Positions 59,947 to 64,000 of a stretch of 64,000 nucleotides of DNA are shown here, in pieces (position 1 is the stretch's first letter; every line of letters starts with the position of its first letter). Source of the DNA: Nitrospinota bacterium (GTDB lineage: Bacteria; Nitrospinota_A; UBA7883; JADGGD01); NCBI GenBank assembly GCA_942491805.1, contig CALOCG010000026.1, positions 24,138 through 88,137 on the forward strand. The letters run 5' to 3'. The notes beneath the pieces were generated by a model. The model made no database searches. It was not told the DNA's origin and saw nothing but the letters and a program-made list of their open reading frames with translations. Made by a program: the position numbers and the translations under genes.

Positions 59947-60433
59947 ATGAGCATATTGAAAGTAAAACGACTCCACCCGGACGCCCGTCTCCCCCATCGG
60001 GCGGGCGTCGGCGATCTCGGCTACGACCTTTTCGCCAGCGAGCCGGTGACGATCCCTGCGCGGGGGACCGCTATCGTGAAAACCGGCGTGGCCGTTCAGT
60101 TTCCCGACGGGTGGGGGGGGCTTATCCGCGACCGGTCGGGGATGGCGGCGAAACAGCGGGTGATTGTCTCGGCTGGGGTGATCGATCACGGCTACCGGGG
60201 GGAGATCGGGGTGGTGATGAACAACTTGACTGACGCGCCCTTCGTCGTCGAACCGTCGATGAAGATCGCCCAGATGATCCCGACGCCGGTGGTCGATTGG
60301 GAGGTGGCGGAGAGTGACGAGATGACCGACACCGACCGAGGAAACGCCGATGGCTTCGGGCTCCATTCCCGGACCTACGTGGTCGGCGACGTTTCGACCG
60401 ACGGTTACTCAAAAATCAGCTCCTGCTCGATAA
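59947..60433 (+). CDS. dut: dUTP diphosphatase; 3' end uncertain
   Basis: ..GVIDHGYRGEIGVVMNN.. and ..TDRGNADGFG motifs. In the called frame there is no stop until 61191, running antisense through fliE and flgB. A 1-nt shift after GFG gives a stop at 60431-60433. Confidence 0.85.
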
Positions 60434-60590
60434 GGTTCCGGGCGTTACTCCCTTTACGCGCGTTTGACGGCTCTTCCCCCACCGCGGTCGGCGACGGGAC
60501 GACGGTTACTCAAACAATAGCCGCTCTCGACAAGGTTAAGAGCGTTATCCCTTTACGAGCGTTTGCTTGTGCAAAAAAACATGAGCAACC
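60381..60590. repeat. diverged tandem duplication (~105 bp x2) between dut and fliE
   Basis: Both copies carry ggtcggcgacg..cgacggttactcaaa[a/c]aat[c/a]..gctcga[t/c]aaggtt..gcgtta[c/t]ccctttacg[c/a]gcgtttg. Copy starts are at 60381 and 60486. Confidence 0.6.
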
Positions 60591-60602
60591 CGAAGGCCGC
60601 TC
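60572..60602 (-). terminator. possible terminator of flgB-fliE
   Basis: Minus strand reads gagcggcc-ttcg-ggttgctc (two G:U pairs) followed by atgttttttt. Confidence 0.4.
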
Positions 60603-60645
60603 TGATCGAAGTGTTCCCCTCTTACAAGGAGTTGTTACATTACCT

Positions 60646-60927
60646 TTATGCTTCTCCAACACTTCTGCCCTGATCTGGTTGGTCATCTTGGGGTGCCAGT
60701 TCCGCTTTCGAGAGGGTGATCATCGTATCGTGGATGCTTTTCGATTTACCGGTGACCAGATCTTCGATGGCCCGGTCGGCGCCATGCTGGAGACCGTTGA
60801 CCTCTTGCAACGATTCGGAGAGGGTATCGGCGAAGCTGGGGCCTTGGCTCTTGTCGTCGGAGAACTTCGGCAACTTGAGGGAGTCGCCCAACGGCGCCAT
60901 GCTCCCCCGGATTTTCATATCGTCCAT
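60646..60927 (-). CDS. fliE: flagellar hook-basal body protein FliE (C-terminal ~25 codons appear frame-shifted)
   Basis: ..SFADTLSESLQEVNGLQHGADRAIEDLVTGKSKSIHDTMITLSKAEL.. is typical FliE. The expected C-terminus (..QIRAEVLE..IKVM*) is found only by switching frames, which gives a stop at 60635. Confidence 0.8.
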   Translation of the reverse strand: MDDMKIRGSMAPLGDSLKLPKFSDDKSQGPSFADTLSESLQEVNGLQHGADRAIEDLVTGKSKSIHDTMITLSKAELAPQDDQPDQGRSVGEA

Positions 60928-60962
60928 TATCGGCTACGCTCCTTTTCGCTCATCGCTTCCCC

Positions 60963-61379
60963 CTATTGGCCTTCGACTGCAGCGGAGATAATCGCTCCCC
61001 GCTTGGTTCGGGCCGCCATGACCGTCGAATACATCGTCCCGATCTCGACCATCTTGACCGTCTCTTTATCAAGGTCGACATTGTTCCCGTCGATCCTCGG
61101 CTCGGCGGTGGAGACGGTCACCTCGGGCCGGAACTCGTTCAGGTTCCCGTCGCTCCCCTGTATATGGCGGGGGTCGGTGGTTTTCATCTGACCCGTACCG
61201 CGATAGGCGTTCTTTAACTGTTCCTCGAAAGGCTTCAGATCGACCGCCTTGTATCCGGGCGTTTCGGCGTTGGCGATGTTGCTGTTGGCCAGCTGGAACC
61301 TCTGGTCATAGACGTCGAGCGCCTTCTTGGCTAGGAGCCCCGTTTTGTTCGCATACAGCAGATCGTTGATCAGTCCCAT
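60963..61379 (-). CDS. flgB: flagellar basal-body rod protein FlgB
   Basis: 138 aa from ATG 61379 with an AAGGAA RBS. ..NSNIANAETPGYKAVD.. rod-protein motif, TDPRH, and DGNNVDLDKE C-terminal motif. Confidence 0.85.
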   Translation of the reverse strand: MGLINDLLYANKTGLLAKKALDVYDQRFQLANSNIANAETPGYKAVDLKPFEEQLKNAYRGTGQMKTTDPRHIQGSDGNLNEFRPEVTVSTAEPRIDGNNVDLDKETVKMVEIGTMYSTVMAARTKRGAIISAAVEGQ

Positions 61380-61408
61380 AACGTTCCTTTCGCTTCGACC
61401 ACAAACAA

Positions 61409-61424
61409 AGCAAGGGTGGCGCCA
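61409..61424 (-). promoter_or_regulatory. candidate sigma-54 (-24/-12) promoter for flgB-fliE
   Basis: Minus strand reads TGGCGC-CACCC-TTGCT, which has the exact spacing of the TGGCAC-N5-TTGCW consensus. The -12 element lies about 30 nt upstream of the flgB ATG. Confidence 0.55.
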
Positions 61425-61573
61425 AAAGAGTCGAGCCCGCAATATGACGAATACACCTTTTAATTCAACGTGTCACGTGAAGCACCCCCCTGTCAAAGGG
61501 TTGGCGATACCCGTTTGGGGCCGGGTAAAAGCGTCACGTTTCCGCCGATCCGGGTCGTGATACCATATCGCTG

Positions 61574-62503
61574 ATGAGCGAATTCGAGATCGTCGACCCG
61601 GAGGAGGAGCCCCCTCTCCTGCCGGTTCCCCGGACGCAACAGGGGGAAGAGGGCCTTCAGCCGCTCGACCCGTTGCAGGCCTATATCAACCGGGTGAAGG
61701 AATATCCCCACCTGACCCGTGACGAAGAGGCCGAACTGGCCCGCCGTCTCCACGATACCGGCGACAAAGAGGCGGCCTTCCGTCTCATTACCGCCAACCT
61801 GATGCTGGTGGTGAAGATCGCTTTCGAGTTCCGGTCGCAGTTCCAAAACACCCTCGACCTGATTCAGGAGGGGAACTACGGCCTGATGCGGGCGGTGAAG
61901 AAGTTCGATCCCTTTAAGGGAAACCGACTCTCGACCTACGCCGCCTACTGGATTCGGGCCTATATGCTCAAGTATCTCCTCGACAACTGGCGGTTGGTGA
62001 AAGTGGGGACCACCAACGTCCGCCGAAAGCTCCTCTATAACCTGCGCGACGTCGAAGCGAAACTGCGGGCGGGGGGGGTCGAACCGGGTCCGAAGCTCTT
62101 GGCCGAGACCTTTGGGGCGACGGAGCAAGATGTGATCGAGGTGCAACAGTCGCTCGGCGCCCTTGACCATTCGCTCGATACGCCGGTGGAGGAGGGGTCG
62201 ACCCGGACCGGCATGGACCTTCTCCCGGCGGCGGGGCAGGATGTGGCCCAAGAGGTGGTCGATGACGATTTTCATCGTCAGTTCAAAGAAGCGATCGCCC
62301 GGTTCGCCGTCGATTTAAAACCGTCCGATAGCGCCATCCTGCGCCAACGACTGTTGGCCGACGACCCGAAGACGTTACAGGAGATCGGCGAGGAGCATGG
62401 GATTACCCGAGAAGCGGTTCGCCAAGCCGAGGGGCGCCTCATGAAACGGCTCAAGACTTTCCTGCTCGACGAGATGGGGGATTTGGGAGAGATGTTCGAT
62501 TAG
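61574..62503 (+). CDS. rpoH: RNA polymerase sigma-32 (heat-shock sigma factor)
   Basis: Sigma-70 regions 2-4 are present (..LIQEGNYGLMRAVKKFDP..). RpoH-box-like VRRKLLYNLRDV follows WRLVKVGTT. Confidence 0.85.
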   Translation: MSEFEIVDPEEEPPLLPVPRTQQGEEGLQPLDPLQAYINRVKEYPHLTRDEEAELARRLHDTGDKEAAFRLITANLMLVVKIAFEFRSQFQNTLDLIQEGNYGLMRAVKKFDPFKGNRLSTYAAYWIRAYMLKYLLDNWRLVKVGTTNVRRKLLYNLRDVEAKLRAGGVEPGPKLLAETFGATEQDVIEVQQSLGALDHSLDTPVEEGSTRTGMDLLPAAGQDVAQEVVDDDFHRQFKEAIARFAVDLKPSDSAILRQRLLADDPKTLQEIGEEHGITREAVRQAEGRLMKRLKTFLLDEMGDLGEMFD

Positions 62504-62628
62504 AACCCGCCTTTGCGGAAGATCTTCTCCTCGCGTTTCATGAAGTCGATGCGCGATCAACATTTCCCGCCCCGCCCCCGCATGGGGGTCGGCGCCCCCT
62601 TCGGTCGGGACCGCACTGTCGCCCCTTT

Positions 62629-63279
62629 CTACTTTTCGACCGGGAAACGCCCCCGCTTCCATTCGGGGAATCCCGATGTGAGCCTGCGTGTCTTGTACCC
62701 GAGTTTTCTCAATTTCGCCACCGCCTCGAACGACAGCACGCAATAGGGGCCACGGCAGTAGGCGACTACTTCCTTCCCTTTCGGGATGGATTTGATGCTC
62801 TTTTCCAGTTCGCCGAGGGGCACGTTTATGGCGCCGGGAATGTGTCCCGCCTCATATTCCTCGGTCGGCCGCACATCGAGAACCGTCACCAGCCCGTCCG
62901 TCGCCCTGCGCCACAGCTCGTCGGCCTCGACCGGCTCGAGACGGTCCTTTCCTCGGAGATAGGCGTCGACCAGACGATGGACTTCATCCTGATGACGCTC
63001 GGCCACGGCGCGCAGGGCGACGATGACGTCGATCACCAGATCGTCGGCAAGCGCGTAATACACGTTCAATCCCTCCCGCCGGGCGACAACGATCCCGGTG
63101 GATTTGAGGTTCTGCAGGTGTTGGGAAACGTTCGCTTTCGTAAGCCCGCTCAGGGCCGCCAGAGCGTCCACGTGCCGCTCCCCTTGCGCCAGATAGTCGA
63201 GCAACTCCAATCGACTCGCGCTCGACAGGGCTTTCCCCACGAGGGCGAATTGTTCAAAAAGCTGTTTCTTTGCGCTCAT
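62629..63279 (-). CDS. ArsR/SmtB-family transcriptional regulator fused to a rhodanese domain
   Basis: wHTH ..SRLELLDYLAQGERHVDALAALSGLTKANVSQHLQNLKSTGIVVARREG..VYYAL. The C-terminal rhodanese domain has active-site loop CRGPYC. Confidence 0.85.
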   Translation of the reverse strand: MSAKKQLFEQFALVGKALSSASRLELLDYLAQGERHVDALAALSGLTKANVSQHLQNLKSTGIVVARREGLNVYYALADDLVIDVIVALRAVAERHQDEVHRLVDAYLRGKDRLEPVEADELWRRATDGLVTVLDVRPTEEYEAGHIPGAINVPLGELEKSIKSIPKGKEVVAYCRGPYCVLSFEAVAKLRKLGYKTRRLTSGFPEWKRGRFPVEK

Positions 63280-63305
63280 GCCGCCTCACTCTTGGACCAC
63301 GCATC

Positions 63306-63333
63306 AAGTAATCAACTGATCGCTTGATTACTA
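63306..63333. promoter_or_regulatory. palindromic operator candidate in the divergent arsR-rhodanese / dsrE promoter region
   Basis: agtaatcaa-N8-ttgattact, a perfect 9-bp inverted repeat at 63307-63315 / 63324-63332, lies 27 nt upstream of the regulator's start codon. Confidence 0.5.
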
Positions 63334-63410
63334 TATCGATCTCGTCTATGATAACGCGCAAGGGTTCGCCCGGACAACCATGGAAACGCCATCGGAGGAA
63401 AGAAGAGATC

Positions 63411-63770
63411 ATGAACGCGTCGTCATTGCTCATCATCATTTCCAGCGAACCGTACGCCGGATCGGATCGCGTGTGGAACGCGCTGCGTCTGGCGGAGACC
63501 GCCCGGGAAGAGGGGGGCGCGACCCGCATCTTCCTCATCAACGAAGGGGTGGACGTCGGGCGCCCCTCGCTCACGCCGCCGGAAAACTCTTTCGACCTGT
63601 GCGCCATGCTCACGGATCTCGTCGGCAAGGGAACCGTCGTCAAATATTGCAAAACCTGTATCGACCGGTGCGGCGTCGGCGAAGGGGAGATGGCCCCGGA
63701 GCTTCGGGTCGGCTCCATGAAGGCTCTCCACAAATGGATCGTGGAGAGCGACCGGGTGGTCACCTTTTAG
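63411..63770 (+). CDS. DsrE/DsrF-like sulfur-relay family protein
   Basis: 119 aa from ATG 63411 with a GGAGGAAAG RBS. ..LLIIISSEPYAGSDRVWNALRLA..IFLINEGV.. fits the DsrE-like fold pattern, and there is a CKTC..C cysteine cluster. Confidence 0.65.
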   Translation: MNASSLLIIISSEPYAGSDRVWNALRLAETAREEGGATRIFLINEGVDVGRPSLTPPENSFDLCAMLTDLVGKGTVVKYCKTCIDRCGVGEGEMAPELRVGSMKALHKWIVESDRVVTF

Positions 63771-63782
63771 GGGAGAACTGTC

Positions 63783-64000
63783 ATGACACAAAAAATTGTC
63801 GTGCTCGGATCGTCGTTCGGCGGCTATCACGCCGCATGCGCGCTTCGAAAGTCGCTCGGACGATCGGTCGATATCCACGTGGTCTCCCGGGAAGACGCGT
63901 TCGTCTTCATCCCCTCGCTTCCGTGGGTCATGGCGGGGACGACCGATCCCGACGCGATCCGGTTCCCGGTGGCGCGTCCTTTCGAGCGTCTCGGCATCGG
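63783..64000 (+). CDS. FAD-dependent sulfide:quinone oxidoreductase-like protein (N-terminal fragment; continues beyond the window)
   Basis: My own translation gives MTQKIVVLGSSFGGYHAACALRK...FVFIPSLPWVMAG, a Rossmann dinucleotide-binding start plus an SQR-like FIPS.PW motif. It is not in the track because there is no stop in the window. Confidence 0.55.
   Translation, partial: MTQKIVVLGSSFGGYHAACALRKSLGRSVDIHVVSREDAFVFIPSLPWVMAGTTDPDAIRFPVARPFERLGI

Noticed and set aside
59947-61191. 414-aa plus ORF starting at dut
   Set aside because: Only the first ~145 aa are dUTPase. The rest runs through the intergenic repeats and the antisense of fliE and flgB. It is a read-through caused by a missing stop or frameshift.

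Overview
High-GC chromosomal segment (above 60% G+C by eye) from a flagellated, Gram-negative, Proteobacteria-like bacterium; the taxon is an inference. I can support about 60 genes. Most are core functions: cold-shock protein, ispE, ligA, folC, accD, leuA, the complete tolQRAB-pal-cpoB cluster, ppiD, rmuC, purU, the F1Fo ATP synthase operon atpF'-F-H-A-G-D-C, dut, rpoH, a DctPQM TRAP transporter, tmRNA and tRNA-His. No rRNA, CRISPR array, transposase or integrase is visible.

Observations worth a second look:
1. A single-gene islet of about 1.3 kb and low GC sits against the 3' end of ssrA. It encodes an orphan 404-aa protein with a NERD / PD-(D/E)xK-like nuclease core. This is my best candidate for an undescribed accessory or defence function.
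2. A tight five-gene operon (hyper-acidic YcgR-like protein, DUF342/FapA, MotA, MotB, PilZ) is bracketed by two GspE-family ATPases. One ATPase has a textbook double MshEN c-di-GMP motif and an adjacent GspF-like platform gene, but there are no pilins and no secretin.
3. Several intergenic repeat families are not explained by the genes. These are a 104-bp x5 tandem array filling one whole convergent intergenic gap, a two-copy MITE-like element with terminal inverted repeats, 34-bp hairpin elements, and a diverged duplication of about 105 bp. The families share short motifs.
4. Reading-frame breaks are clustered. The clearest case is a block of about 1.5 kb across atpG-atpA, where GC3 is nearly saturated and there are at least 8 frame changes.
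5. At the right edge there is an ArsR-rhodanese fusion regulator with a palindromic operator next to DsrE-like and SQR-like genes.

Many long ORFs in the supplied track are antisense shadows typical of high-GC DNA, and I rejected them.
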